A stretch of 64,000 nt of DNA from Methanomassiliicoccus sp. UBA386 (GCA_002498285.1 DAGU01000023.1:22148-86147), one strand, 5' to 3'. Shown: positions 9,665 through 19,914, counted from the first letter of the stretch. Notes: generated by a model not told the origin, from the sequence alone. Translations and numbers: made by a program.

Positions 9665-10603
9665 CTAGTGGGCCTGGCGGGAAATTACGTCGATGCGAAG
9701 GTCCAGGGGCCTCTGCTCCCACCGCCGCTCCGCAAGCTCCGGTCCGGGCACCCGGGCATCGATCGAGACCGGGGCAGCAGTACGGGACGGCAGGTCGCTG
9801 AGGTCAAGCAGCCGGCTCTCCCCTCCCCAGGGGCGATATATCATGAACCGGCCTTTCACCCCCAGGACCTCACCGGCATGATGGCCAGCGGTCCCGGCCG
9901 CCGTGGGAGGGGTGCGCGGATACGAGCGGACAGGATATCCGTCGAGGTGGAGCACCTCTTCTCCCATAATCCGCCGCCATGATGCGATGCGGCGGCGATG
10001 GTTTGTCAGAACGTTCTCGCTCACGTCCCTGGATGGGGGATGGGTCCACTGCGCGGCGATCCTCGTGACCCTGAGCTCCTGAGGGAGCCGAAAGCGCGCC
10101 GAGACCTCCTTCTCCAGGCGCCTGGCCTCCTGGCGGTCCTGGCACATCAGCACCGGTACGATGGCGTCCGCCCCCTGCTCGATGCCCCGCCGACGCAGCC
10201 GTGCGGCCGATGTCATTCCCACCTTGACCAGGGTGCCGTAGGCGGCTAGGTACACCACGTGGCGTCGGCCGCAGAAATCACGGTGCTCGCATGATCCCCC
10301 GGCGCACTGCGGCTCGAAAACGCACCTCTGCGCCTCGGCCCAGTCCCCCATGCATGTGCGGCACTGGACGAAGCGGCCGACCGTTCGCCGGGTCGGGCAT
10401 GGGCGGTAGTCATCTTCGAAGCTGCCGATGCAACGGCGCTCCTCCGAGACGCTCATGTCCAGCCGATCGAGCGGTATGGCGACCACCACACCGGCGTCGG
10501 CATCATACGCCTTCAGCCGTGGAACGAACCCGTCCCAGTAAAAGTCCAGTACATGGAGCGACGGGCGCTCGGCCCGTCCCTCGGTCGGAGCGTGCACGCT
10601 CAT
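9665..10603 (-). CDS. DUF2797-family protein (Cys-rich, GIY-YIG-like C-terminal part)
   Basis: RRCIG..C, QCRTC, HVVYLA...KVGMT...RGIEQGA. Confidence 0.75.
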   Translation of the reverse strand: MSVHAPTEGRAERPSLHVLDFYWDGFVPRLKAYDADAGVVVAIPLDRLDMSVSEERRCIGSFEDDYRPCPTRRTVGRFVQCRTCMGDWAEAQRCVFEPQCAGGSCEHRDFCGRRHVVYLAAYGTLVKVGMTSAARLRRRGIEQGADAIVPVLMCQDRQEARRLEKEVSARFRLPQELRVTRIAAQWTHPPSRDVSENVLTNHRRRIASWRRIMGEEVLHLDGYPVRSYPRTPPTAAGTAGHHAGEVLGVKGRFMIYRPWGGESRLLDLSDLPSRTAAPVSIDARVPGPELAERRWEQRPLDLRIDVISRQAH

Positions 10604-10640
10604 GCTACGATAGCAGACTATTTAGCTTATCGCGGGGGCC

Positions 10641-11309
10641 TCACTCGCCGTCCGACCCCTCGTCCATGGCCTCTTGCTCCTCCGCCCTGCTGAGGAACTC
10701 GGCGGGGACCTCGGCGATAAGGTACACCGTCCGGGCGGCCCTCTGGATCTCCAGCCCGCTCCCTATGGCCCCCCTGGCATCGATCTCCAGAATGACCGGG
10801 GTGTCGGTCCTGACCCGCCCCGCGTTGAAGGCGTCGGAATATGTTTTGGATAGATGGACCAGCTTGCGGTCCGACGGTTTGAGCCCGGTTTCCAGGATGA
10901 TGTCCGCCTCCTCCTCGGTGGTCGGATAGTAAAGGTGGTCGGGGATGTTGTCGGTCGGAAGGCGCAGGTCCAATTCGATCGTGTGACCGTACGTCGCCCT
11001 GATGAGGTCGGTGCTGCTCTGATACCGTCCCTTGGGGTCGGTCTCGATCAGCGCGATGATGTGGTGCGGCCTCAGCCAATGATACCGCGGGTTGTACTTC
11101 TTTATCGCAAAGATGAACTCCCTCATGGGAACAAAGCCCTGCTCGTCCATGTGCAGATCGAACTTCTCTGGGAAATGACGAAGCGTTCCTGCCATGGTCC
11201 GGCCTATCCTCTCCAGCTCCTGGTCGCTCATCAGGAACTTGCCGGGCTCACCACACACCGGGCAGACGTCCCCTCTGAAATATCCATGGGCGGTACACTC
11301 GCGTAGCAT
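10641..11309 (-). CDS. kptA: RNA 2'-phosphotransferase (KptA/Tpt1)
   Basis: LRHFP, KGRY, IRATYGH, VHLS; archaeal N-terminal CxxH..CxxC. Confidence 0.93.
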   Translation of the reverse strand: MLRECTAHGYFRGDVCPVCGEPGKFLMSDQELERIGRTMAGTLRHFPEKFDLHMDEQGFVPMREFIFAIKKYNPRYHWLRPHHIIALIETDPKGRYQSSTDLIRATYGHTIELDLRLPTDNIPDHLYYPTTEEEADIILETGLKPSDRKLVHLSKTYSDAFNAGRVRTDTPVILEIDARGAIGSGLEIQRAARTVYLIAEVPAEFLSRAEEQEAMDEGSDGE

Positions 11310-11520
11310 TCAGCGGGGATTATGGGATGATGTGCTTAAATGTTTTCATGCTCAGCGACCGCACCGGCCCGTGGAATGCCTGAGGACATAGTGCCGGGCG
11401 TTCGAGGGCGTTCGGCCGCGACAAGGGAGCGCGTCCGGGCACGATCCCACGGAGAGGCGCGCATCCGGCCCCGCATGGTGTGTCGAGGAGCGCCTCGTCC
11501 CGGCCGTCCTCCCGGCGCCG

Positions 11521-12405
11521 TCACTCCTCAAGGGTCCGGGAGGCCGACAGGACGGTGTTCTTCATCAACATGACAATTGTCATCGGCCCCACTCCTCCAG
11601 GAACGGGGGTTATGGCCGACGCTTTCTCCTTCACATTTTCGAAGTCCACATCCCCCGCCCAGCGGTAGCCCTTCTTGGCCGATGGGTCCTCGATACGGTT
11701 CGAACCGACGTCTATGACCACCGCCCCCTCCTTCACCATGTCGGCCTTGATGAACTCCGGGGAGCCCATCGCGGCCACGAGTATGTCCCCCGCCCTGGTG
11801 ATCGATGCAAGGTCCTTGGTGCGCGAGTGAGCTATGGTGACGGTGGCATTGGCCCCCTTCTTCTTCTGCACCAGGATGGCCGCCACCGGCTTTCCAACGA
11901 TGTTGCTTCGTCCAACGACCACCACATGCTTGCCCTCGGGATCGTTTCCAGAGCGCATCAGCATCTCCTGTATGCCATGGGGAGTGCAGGGCAGGAAGCC
12001 TGGCTCGCCGATGAGCATCTTTCCCACGTTGACCGGATGGAACCCGTCCACGTCCTTGTCCGGTTCGATGCGCAGGATGACCTTGTTCTCGTCGATGTGC
12101 TTCGGCAGAGGCAGCTGGACCAGGATGCCGTGGATCCTCGGGTCGGCGTTAAGGGAATCGATGAGGGCGAGCAACTCCTCCTCCGACGTGTCGGCCGGCT
12201 TTACGATGGTCTGCGAGAACAACCCCAGGTCCTCGCAGGCCTTTCCCTTCATCCGCACGTATGACTGGGAGGCAGGGTCCTCTCCCACCAGCACAACTGC
12301 CAGGCCAGGCGTTATCCCCTTCTCCTTAAGCGCGGCGATGTCGGTCCTGAGCTCCGCCCTGATCTGTTCGGCTATCTCGCTTCCCTTGATTATGTTGGCA
12401 GACAT
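11521..12405 (-). CDS. folD: Methylene-THF dehydrogenase/methenyl-THF cyclohydrolase
   Basis: [36 protein letters not shown]. Confidence 0.97.
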   Translation of the reverse strand: MSANIIKGSEIAEQIRAELRTDIAALKEKGITPGLAVVLVGEDPASQSYVRMKGKACEDLGLFSQTIVKPADTSEEELLALIDSLNADPRIHGILVQLPLPKHIDENKVILRIEPDKDVDGFHPVNVGKMLIGEPGFLPCTPHGIQEMLMRSGNDPEGKHVVVVGRSNIVGKPVAAILVQKKKGANATVTIAHSRTKDLASITRAGDILVAAMGSPEFIKADMVKEGAVVIDVGSNRIEDPSAKKGYRWAGDVDFENVKEKASAITPVPGGVGPMTIVMLMKNTVLSASRTLEE

Positions 12406-12610
12406 TGAACGACCCGCTCACGGTTAGCTCGTGTCCTCTAATTAATATTACGAACCACGAGTCGGAGCTGTGACAGGCAGGGCCATCGGGCCGACATGGC
12501 CGCGTGGGGGGCGGTGATGCGCCCATAATGATCGCGCATGCCTCTGAAGCGTTCATGCGCCCCTGCTCAGCGACCCTTTTTAATCGGACATCGCATACCC
12601 AGGGGGGCCG

Positions 12611-14293
12611 ATGAAAGCCGACATTGACATCGCCCAGGACGCGTCAGCACAGCCCATTGAAAAGATCGCCGCCTCGCTTGGCCTGGGGAGGGAGGACGTG
12701 AACCTCTACGGCCGCTACATGGCCAAGGTCCCCCTCGACGTGCTTCGCCGCTACGACGGCCGTCCGGACGGCAAGCTTGTACTGGTGACGGCCATCACCG
12801 CCACCAAGGCAGGGGAGGGAAAGACTGTCACCTCCATCGGACTGATGCAGGCGCTGGGCAAGCTTGGCGTAAATGTCATGGGGGCGCTGAGGGAGCCGTC
12901 CATGGGGCCGGTGTTCGGCATCAAGGGAGGGGCCACTGGCGGCGGGATGTCCCAGGTATATCCCATGTGGGACATCGATCTGCACTTCACCGGTGACATA
13001 CACGCGGTGTCGGCGGCACACAATCTCCTGTCGGCGATGTTGGAGAACCACATCGCCAAGGGGAACGAGCTGAGGATCGATGCCACCAGGGTGGTGTGGC
13101 GCAAGGCCATCGACACCAACTGCCGGGAGCTGCGCAACATCGTGGTGGGGCTGGGAGGACGTGTGGAGGGGGGAGTGCCCCACGAGAGCGGATTCATCAT
13201 CTCCGCCGCCTCGGAGATCAGCGCCGTGCTCGCCCTGGCCACGTCGGTGGCCGATCTCCGCGCCCGTCTGGAGGACATTGTGGTGGCATATAACATGGAT
13301 GGCGAGCCGGTGCGCGCCCGCCAGCTGAACTGCGTCGGCGCCATGGTGCTGCTGCTCAAGGACGCCATCAGCCCCAACCTCGTCCAGACGCTGGAGGGCC
13401 AACCAGTGTTCGTCCATGGCTTCCCGTTCGCCAACGTGGCGCATGGCTCCAACTCGCTCCTGGCCACCAAGTACGCGCTCAAGCTGGCCGATGTGGTAGT
13501 GACCGAGGGGGGATTCGCCACCGATCTGGGAGCGGAGAAGTTCTTCGACATAGTGTGCCGCCAGGGAGGTTTCGCTCCCGATTGCGCGGTCATCGTGGCC
13601 ACCATCAGGGCGCTGAAGATGCATGGCGGGGCCTGCCTGGAGGACGTCCTGGAGTGCGACTCTCCAGACCTCGATGCCTTGGATAGAGGCTTCGCCAACC
13701 TGGACAAGCACATCGAGAACGTCCGCCAGTACGGCGTCCCGGTGATCGTGGCCATAAATCACTTTCCCACCGATGCGGATGAGGAGATAGAGCATGTCCA
13801 GGCGCACTGCGCCCGCCTGGGCGTCCCCTGCGCGCTGTCCATGGTGTTCGCGGAGGGCGGCGAGGGGGGCAGAGAGCTGGCCCAGACGGTCATGGAAGTG
13901 CTGAGAACGCAGGGGAGCGAGTTCCGCTTCCTCTACGACGTCGACATCCCCATCCGTGACAAGATCAGGAAGATCGCCACCGAGATCTATGGGGCCGACG
14001 ACGTCCAGTACGTGGGGACGGCGGTCAGGGACATCAGGGCGATCGAGCTGGCGGGGGGAGAGCACCTCCCCATATGCATGGCCAAGACCCAGATGTCACT
14101 CTCCGACGACCCGCGCCTCAAGGGGGCTCCCAGGGGTTGGACGCTTACGGTCCGGGAGGTCCTGCTGTCAGCCGGCGCCCGGTTCATAGTCCCGTTGTGC
14201 GGCAACATCATGCTCATCCCCGGCCTGCCATCACGGCCTGCCGCGGAGCATATCGACTATACGGACGAGGGGCGCATCATCGGGCTTAGCTAG
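12611..14293 (+). CDS. fhs: Formate--tetrahydrofolate ligase
   Basis: GEGKTVT, LREPSMGPVFGIKGGATGGG, HFTGD, PNLVQTLE, CMAKTQMSLSDDP. Confidence 0.97.
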   Translation: MKADIDIAQDASAQPIEKIAASLGLGREDVNLYGRYMAKVPLDVLRRYDGRPDGKLVLVTAITATKAGEGKTVTSIGLMQALGKLGVNVMGALREPSMGPVFGIKGGATGGGMSQVYPMWDIDLHFTGDIHAVSAAHNLLSAMLENHIAKGNELRIDATRVVWRKAIDTNCRELRNIVVGLGGRVEGGVPHESGFIISAASEISAVLALATSVADLRARLEDIVVAYNMDGEPVRARQLNCVGAMVLLLKDAISPNLVQTLEGQPVFVHGFPFANVAHGSNSLLATKYALKLADVVVTEGGFATDLGAEKFFDIVCRQGGFAPDCAVIVATIRALKMHGGACLEDVLECDSPDLDALDRGFANLDKHIENVRQYGVPVIVAINHFPTDADEEIEHVQAHCARLGVPCALSMVFAEGGEGGRELAQTVMEVLRTQGSEFRFLYDVDIPIRDKIRKIATEIYGADDVQYVGTAVRDIRAIELAGGEHLPICMAKTQMSLSDDPRLKGAPRGWTLTVREVLLSAGARFIVPLCGNIMLIPGLPSRPAAEHIDYTDEGRIIGLS

Positions 14294-14936
14294 ACGATCG
14301 GGCAGCGTCGGACAATAGGTCCAGAACAAGGGAGCCCGCCTCGGCGAGGTCCTCCACTGGAAGATGCGCGGATGCGGTCTCGTCGAACAGCAGGTTGGCC
14401 GAGCCGCCGATCTCGTCATCGCCCGCCCACACCGCCACCGCCACCGGCACCTTGGGGAAAACCTCCAGCCGGGCCGACGCGTCGCCGATGGATAGCCCAG
14501 TCCCACCGAGGCGCTTGGCGGCCGTCAGGAGCGTTCCAGGCCGGTGATGGAAGAGAGACGCGATCCCGTCGATGGTCCGCCGCTTGAACGCTCCGTAGTA
14601 TGCATGCCCCCCACGCAGCTGGCGGAACGAGACCCACTCGCCCGATGGGCGCGCCGCGCGGGCGCCGTCGAGGTAGTGCAGGACCAGGATGCTCTCAGCG
14701 ACCGGGGCGTTCTTGCCGCTGAGGGTGACCGACCGGGACCGGACATCGACGACCGTCTCGCGGCCCAGGAACGGGAGCACGAGGTGATCGCCCTCCAAGC
14801 GGGCCATGGCGTTCCTCGCCGCCTCCCCCAGGTCCCTGGACAGCAGCCTGTCCCAGGCCAGTTCGAGGGCGTGCTGATAACCGTCCCCATCATATTGCCC
14901 GGCCCCCTCATTCCCCATGCCGATCGCCCCCCACAT
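14286..14936 (-). CDS. DUF3786 domain protein
   Basis: LVLHYL, WVSFRQLRGG, FPKVPV..W.GDDE...ANLLFD...EDL pattern. Confidence 0.8.
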   Translation of the reverse strand: MWGAIGMGNEGAGQYDGDGYQHALELAWDRLLSRDLGEAARNAMARLEGDHLVLPFLGRETVVDVRSRSVTLSGKNAPVAESILVLHYLDGARAARPSGEWVSFRQLRGGHAYYGAFKRRTIDGIASLFHHRPGTLLTAAKRLGGTGLSIGDASARLEVFPKVPVAVAVWAGDDEIGGSANLLFDETASAHLPVEDLAEAGSLVLDLLSDAARSSS

Positions 14937-15741
14937 GCTCCTCCAGCGTGACGAACTTCAAGCCTCTTTCCAGAGCCTTCTCCAGCACTGCCTTGACGGC
15001 ATTGAGGTTGGCCTCGACCTGAAGCTCATCGAGAGGCCCCGCGAACGTCTCCACGACATGCCAGCTGTGAGTGGCCAGCACCATCAGGCCGTCGTCGTAC
15101 TGGTCCAGGAGATGGAGGTAGTCGTCCGGCCGCCGCTTGCCCTCGTGCATGGGCCACAGATAGGAATGAATGTGTTTTCCTCTGACATCGGTTCCTCTGG
15201 CCAGCGGCGCCTCGATAAGTCCGCAGGGGAGGGCGCGAGGACCGATCCATCGCCCCGCGATATCATCGGTGGCGCTTGAGTCGTACAGATACCCTCGGCC
15301 GGCTAGCAGTTTGTACAGCGCATCATCAGCATGCTGATAAGGGGCGCGGAACCCCCTAGGAGGGCGGCCGGTGAGGCCCTGTATCACCTTGGCCGCCCGA
15401 TCGATGACGTCGCCCCTCTCCGCATCTGTGAATGGCAGCCCGGTGCTCGCCCCAGTGAGGTCCTCATGCGAGAGGCCGTGCGATGCCACTTCATGGCCGC
15501 GCAGCAGACGGCGCAGGTCGACCTCCGCGGCGATGTGTTGGGCGGCCTCGGCCTCCAGGAAGAACGTTCCCCTGATGCCTAGCTCGTCAAGCAGCTCCAC
15601 CAAGAGGATCAGCCCGCGGGCGGAGGAGGAGAAGCGCGGAGAACCATCGCCGTCCCGCGGCGCCGATCCCGCCGTGCGCTTCCCCGGCAACGGAACGTTC
15701 ACGTCCCGGTCCACGTCCACGGTGAAAGCCGTCCGGCGCAT
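14908..15741 (-). CDS. Polysaccharide deacetylase (NodB-like) protein
   Basis: FTVDVD, GTFF, HEVASHG..H, GFRAP, YDSS, H.WH. Confidence 0.85.
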   Translation of the reverse strand: MRRTAFTVDVDRDVNVPLPGKRTAGSAPRDGDGSPRFSSSARGLILLVELLDELGIRGTFFLEAEAAQHIAAEVDLRRLLRGHEVASHGLSHEDLTGASTGLPFTDAERGDVIDRAAKVIQGLTGRPPRGFRAPYQHADDALYKLLAGRGYLYDSSATDDIAGRWIGPRALPCGLIEAPLARGTDVRGKHIHSYLWPMHEGKRRPDDYLHLLDQYDDGLMVLATHSWHVVETFAGPLDELQVEANLNAVKAVLEKALERGLKFVTLEEHVGGDRHGE

Positions 15742-15846
15742 GGGATGGAGACCGATCGCCGCTTATTTCATAATGTTCCCTTTGCTCGTGCCCCGTTCGG
15801 GAACCGTTAAATATTGCAATATTTCTGGAAGCCTGGAGGCCGGTCG

Positions 15847-16842
15847 GTGAAGGGCAGTTCCAACAGCGTTCTCATCATTGGCGGGGGGGCCGCGGGGTGC
15901 GCCGCCGCCGCGGAGTTGTCCCGCCGCGGGGTGCCATCTACCATCGTGGAGGCTGCCGACCGGCTGGGAGGTCTGGCCGGATCCCATTGCTGCAAGAGCA
16001 CCGAACGCTGCGAGCGCTGCGATGCCTGCCTCCCGATGGACGTACGGAGGGATGCGCTTAATGCTGCCGACGTCACCGTAATGACGTCCTCGCTCGTCGT
16101 CGACGCCAGGATGGACGATGGACTGGTGGTCAGCATCTCCGGGCCGGGTGGCAGGGAGGAGGCGCGGTTCGGCTCGGTCATCGTGGCGATCGGCGCTATG
16201 CCCTTCGATCCGGCGCTCGATCCCCGCCTGGGCTACGGCTCGGTCCCCGGGGTCCTGTCATCCCTGGAGGTGGACCGGGGGGTGCGCGACGGCACGTTCA
16301 TCATCCCGGACGGGGCGAGGATGGCCGTGGTGCTGTGCGTCGGCTCCCGGGATGTTGGGCGCGGGGCGCCGTACTGCTCCAAGGTCTGCTGCAAGTACGG
16401 ATACCAGCTGGCCAGGCACCTGCAGACCGCCCGGCCCGGGCTGGACGTCACGTTCCTCTACATGGACTGGCGGCCCCTGGACGGCGACCTTGATGCGCTC
16501 TCGCGGTGGGAGGCGTCCGGCGCCTCGGTGATCCGCTCCCGCCCCGCGGAGATAGTGGAAAGGAACGGCGGCCCGGTGGTGCGCTATGCCGCTCCTGCCG
16601 ATGATGTGCGGGAGCAGGCGTTCGACCTGGTCATGCTGACGGTGGGGCTGCTCCCATCGCCCGGAAATGACCGGTTGTCCACCCTGCTCGGCGTCCCTCT
16701 GGACGATCTTGGTTTCTTCCCTACCGCCCACGGCAGGGTGCTGGCGGCGGGCTGCTGCACTGGCCCCAAGGGCATTGATGAAAGCGTCAAGGAGGGCATC
16801 GCCGCTGCAGGCAGGGCGATGTCCATTGCGGAGGGGGAATGA
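15847..16842 (+). CDS. HdrA-like FAD/[4Fe-4S] protein (N-terminal module of a split HdrA)
   Basis: IIGGGAAG FAD motif, CCKSTERCERCDAC, CVGSRD...YCSKVCC, FLYMD, AGCCTGPKGI. Start chosen at GTG 15847. Confidence 0.85.
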   Translation: MKGSSNSVLIIGGGAAGCAAAAELSRRGVPSTIVEAADRLGGLAGSHCCKSTERCERCDACLPMDVRRDALNAADVTVMTSSLVVDARMDDGLVVSISGPGGREEARFGSVIVAIGAMPFDPALDPRLGYGSVPGVLSSLEVDRGVRDGTFIIPDGARMAVVLCVGSRDVGRGAPYCSKVCCKYGYQLARHLQTARPGLDVTFLYMDWRPLDGDLDALSRWEASGASVIRSRPAEIVERNGGPVVRYAAPADDVREQAFDLVMLTVGLLPSPGNDRLSTLLGVPLDDLGFFPTAHGRVLAAGCCTGPKGIDESVKEGIAAAGRAMSIAEGE

Positions 16843-17831
16843 GCACCGTGGTAGTGGTCGGGGAGGGGGCCGCCGCTGAGCAGGTGGCAGACGAGGTCGT
16901 CCGGCAGGGAGGGAGTGTCGTCCTGCTCCGCAGGGAAATGGAGAACCGCGCTCTGCGGCCGACCGATGGCATCGAAGCCGTGTCCTCGCGACTGCTGGGG
17001 ATGCGGGGGGTCCCGGGCAGGATGACGGCAGTGACCGACAATGGCGAAGTGGGATGCTCCGCCGTGATCATCGTGAACGACCTGGAGGTGTCCCCGCCGG
17101 AGAACGGCGGCACGCCGCTGCGCGCCCTGTCCGATGGCAGGGTCCCGGGAGGAACGGTCGTCCTGGACCTGCGCGGAGGACCTGACCGTGGCGGAAGGGC
17201 GCGTGCTCTTAAAGCGATGGAGAAGATGCTGGGCGATGGCAGCAGGGTGATCGTCCTGGTCGATGAGACGCTGGCCTACGGCCGCGATGAGCTGCTGTAC
17301 TACCGGGCCCATCAGGCCGGAGCGCTTTTCATCCGCCCGAGGGCGGTCGACTGGGACGGCCAGAGGATGGACGTCATCGATGACATGACCGGCGCCTCCA
17401 TCTCGATCGTGCCTGACGCGTTTATATCAGAGTCAACCGTGCGCGAATGCCTGGCCGACCGAGGGGCGGTCAGCATGGGGCCGCTGACCACCATCCGCCA
17501 GGGAGTTTTGAGAATGCGCGCGAACCTGCTCGATGACGAGCTGCGCACGGAGGCGCGGGCGGCCGCCACCATCGCCCTCCGCCCAATGACCGAGGGGGCG
17601 CGCCCTGCCGAGGTCGACGAGGACAGGTGCTCGGCCTGCCTGACCTGCGTCCGCATCTGTCCCTTCGGCGCGGCCCGCATGAACGCCGAGGGGAAGGCCA
17701 GCATAAACGGCGACGCATGCCGGTCCTGTGGCAAGTGCGCGGCCGCCTGCGCGGGGAAAGCGATCGTGCTTCCCGGCAGCACCGATCTTGATCTGGAGGC
17801 CCGCATCGCAGCGGCCATGGAGGGAAGATGA
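16839..17831 (+). CDS. HdrA-like second module with C-terminal 2x[4Fe-4S]
   Basis: Degenerate Rossmann start, YGRDELLYYRA...GALFIR, CSACLTCVRICP, CRSCGKCAAAC; ATGA coupling. Confidence 0.8.
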   Translation: MSTVVVVGEGAAAEQVADEVVRQGGSVVLLRREMENRALRPTDGIEAVSSRLLGMRGVPGRMTAVTDNGEVGCSAVIIVNDLEVSPPENGGTPLRALSDGRVPGGTVVLDLRGGPDRGGRARALKAMEKMLGDGSRVIVLVDETLAYGRDELLYYRAHQAGALFIRPRAVDWDGQRMDVIDDMTGASISIVPDAFISESTVRECLADRGAVSMGPLTTIRQGVLRMRANLLDDELRTEARAAATIALRPMTEGARPAEVDEDRCSACLTCVRICPFGAARMNAEGKASINGDACRSCGKCAAACAGKAIVLPGSTDLDLEARIAAAMEGR

Positions 17832-18229
17832 GCAACGTGGTCATGTTGATATGCTCCGCCGCGCTGGGCGCGCTGGAGCTTGCCATGGAGAACGGCATCG
17901 CCGTTCCGAACGCGGCGGTGGTGGAGGTTCCCTGCTCCGGGCGGGTGGACGAAGCGACCGCATTGAGGGCGCTCCGCCAGGGCGCCCGGACGGTGCTGGT
18001 GGTCGGATGCCTCGCGGGCAACTGCCGCTTCCGCACCGGCAACCATGAGGCCCACCGGAACGTGGACGAGGCCAAGAGCGTCCTGCGGCAGATCGGACTA
18101 TCGCCCGACAGGGTGGAGATGATCGAGGTCGCCTCGGTCCAGTACGTCAAGCTGGTGGATGCCATGAGAACGATGGAGGAGCGCGCCGAGAGGCTGGGGC
18201 CCGTCAAGCTGCTGGAGGGAGACGCATGA
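17828..18229 (+). CDS. mvhD: MvhD/FlpD-like [2Fe-2S] subunit
   Basis: VPCSGRV, VGC..GNCRF.TGN, IGLSPDRV. Confidence 0.88.
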   Translation: MSNVVMLICSAALGALELAMENGIAVPNAAVVEVPCSGRVDEATALRALRQGARTVLVVGCLAGNCRFRTGNHEAHRNVDEAKSVLRQIGLSPDRVEMIEVASVQYVKLVDAMRTMEERAERLGPVKLLEGDA

Positions 18230-18909
18230 TCATCGCCGAGCGGAAGGACCTGGCCCGCTTGATAGGGATGCTGGAAGGGCGCCGCTCCATCCTGGTGGCG
18301 GGCTGCCGCTCCTGCGTGGCCGTGTGCCAGGCGGGGGGCGAACGCGAGGTCGCGGCGCTGGCCGAGGCTCTGCGCCTGCACGCCGCCGCGGGCGGACTGG
18401 AACGGAGCATCGAGACCGTGACCGTGGAAAGGCAATGCGAGAAAGAGTGGACGCGGGAGGTCGCACCCATGGTGGAAGGGAAGGATGCCATCCTGTCCCT
18501 GGCCTGCGGGGTCGGCGTACAGGTGATGCAGGAGACCTTCCCGGACGTTCAGGCGCTCCCCGGCCTGAACACCAGCAACATGGGCGCTCCCGTCGAACAG
18601 GGTGTCTACGAGGAAAGGTGCGGCGGCTGCGGCGATTGCGTCCTCCACCTCACGGGCGGGATTTGCCCGGTGGCCCGCTGCTCCAAATCGCTCCTCAACG
18701 GCCCGTGCGGAGGCTCCCAGGGCGGCAGGTGCGAGATCGACCCCGAAACCCCATGCGCCTGGGACATGATATATCGCTCACTGCTCCGCCTGGGACATGC
18801 CGAGCTGCTGGAGGTGAACATACCTCCGAAGGACTGGACGCCGTCCGGGCACGGCGGGCCGCGGCGCATCGTGAGGAAAAGGGCCGTGCTGGAGGATGAG
18901 GAAACATGA
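18226..18909 (+). CDS. metV: Methylene-THF reductase Fe-S subunit MetV
   Basis: GCRSCVAVCQAGGE, ERQCE, LACGVG, CGGCGDCVL..TGGICPVARCSKSLLNGPCGG. Confidence 0.92.
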   Translation: MIIAERKDLARLIGMLEGRRSILVAGCRSCVAVCQAGGEREVAALAEALRLHAAAGGLERSIETVTVERQCEKEWTREVAPMVEGKDAILSLACGVGVQVMQETFPDVQALPGLNTSNMGAPVEQGVYEERCGGCGDCVLHLTGGICPVARCSKSLLNGPCGGSQGGRCEIDPETPCAWDMIYRSLLRLGHAELLEVNIPPKDWTPSGHGGPRRIVRKRAVLEDEET

Positions 18910-19820
18910 CGGCGCACCGCAGCAATCTGCACCGGGTCCTGGACGGCGGCCACTTTGCCGTTACCGCCGAGATCGGGCCGCCCAGATCGGCCAGCGGCGA
19001 TGCCGTCCGGCAGCGCGCCCGCCTGCTGAAGGGGAGTGCCGACGCGTTCAACCTCACGGACAATCAGACGGCCATCGTCCGGCTCAGCAGCGTGGCGTCG
19101 GCCGCCCTGTGCATCCAGGAAGGGGTGGAGCCAGTGGTGCAGATGACCTGCCGGGACCGCAACCGCATCGCCCTGCAGTCGGACCTGCTTGGCGCGGCCG
19201 CCCTGGGAGTGCGCAACGTCCTGTGCCTGTCGGGGGACCATCCGCGGTTCGGCAACCAGAAGGAAGCAAAGAGCGTCTACGACATTGACCCAGTGCAGGA
19301 GCTGACGGTGTTCCGCATGATGAGGGATGAGAGCAAGGTGTGGGGAGGGGACGCTCTCGATGAGGCTCCGAACGTCTACCTGGGAGCGGTGGCCAACCCG
19401 TTCGCCGATCCTTTCGACCTGCGGGTCGTACGCCTGGCCAAGAAGGTCGCCGCCGGCGCGGAGTTCGTGCAGACCCAGGCAGTGTTCGACCTGGACCGTT
19501 TCGAGAGGTTCATGGAGCACGTGCAGGACAAACGCCTGGATGAGAGGGTGCACATCCTCGCGGGGGTCATCCCGCTCAGGTCGGCCAAGGCAGCCATCTA
19601 CATGAAGAACAAGGTCTCCGGAATGTCCGTTCCCGACGAAGTGGTGGAGCGCATGAAGAACGCCTCTGAACCGAAGAAGGAGGGCGTGAGGATATGCCTG
19701 GAGACGATCGAGCATCTGCGAACCATCAAGGGCGTGCACGGCATCCATATAATGGCCATAGGGTGGGAGGACATCGTGCCCGAGGTGGTGGAGCGGGCCG
19801 GCCTGTCGCCCCGTCCGTGA
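18906..19820 (+). CDS. metF: Methylene-THF reductase MetF
   Basis: TAEIGPP, NLTDNQ, QMTCRDRNRIALQSD, LSGDH, KKVAAGAEFVQTQ. Confidence 0.95.
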   Translation: MTAHRSNLHRVLDGGHFAVTAEIGPPRSASGDAVRQRARLLKGSADAFNLTDNQTAIVRLSSVASAALCIQEGVEPVVQMTCRDRNRIALQSDLLGAAALGVRNVLCLSGDHPRFGNQKEAKSVYDIDPVQELTVFRMMRDESKVWGGDALDEAPNVYLGAVANPFADPFDLRVVRLAKKVAAGAEFVQTQAVFDLDRFERFMEHVQDKRLDERVHILAGVIPLRSAKAAIYMKNKVSGMSVPDEVVERMKNASEPKKEGVRICLETIEHLRTIKGVHGIHIMAIGWEDIVPEVVERAGLSPRP

Positions 19821-19836
19821 ACTTGCCACAATGGAA

Positions 19837-19866
19837 GCTAAAGAATAGAAAATGGCCCGGAGGCCA
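19837..19866 (-). terminator. Putative terminator downstream of peptide gene 1
   Basis: TGGCC-N4-GGCCA hairpin followed by TTTTCTATTCTTT on the minus strand, preceded by CCTTTTT. Confidence 0.5.
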
Positions 19867-19914
19867 AAAAGGTTGGTCGCTTTCGATCAAGGGCGCCCCC
19901 GTGGGCGGATGCCC

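Noticed and set aside
15847-18229. Selenocysteine read-through fusing the hdrA fragments and mvhD
   Set aside because: The TGA stops are ATGA start/stop overlaps into a different frame, each preceded by a purine-rich RBS-like sequence
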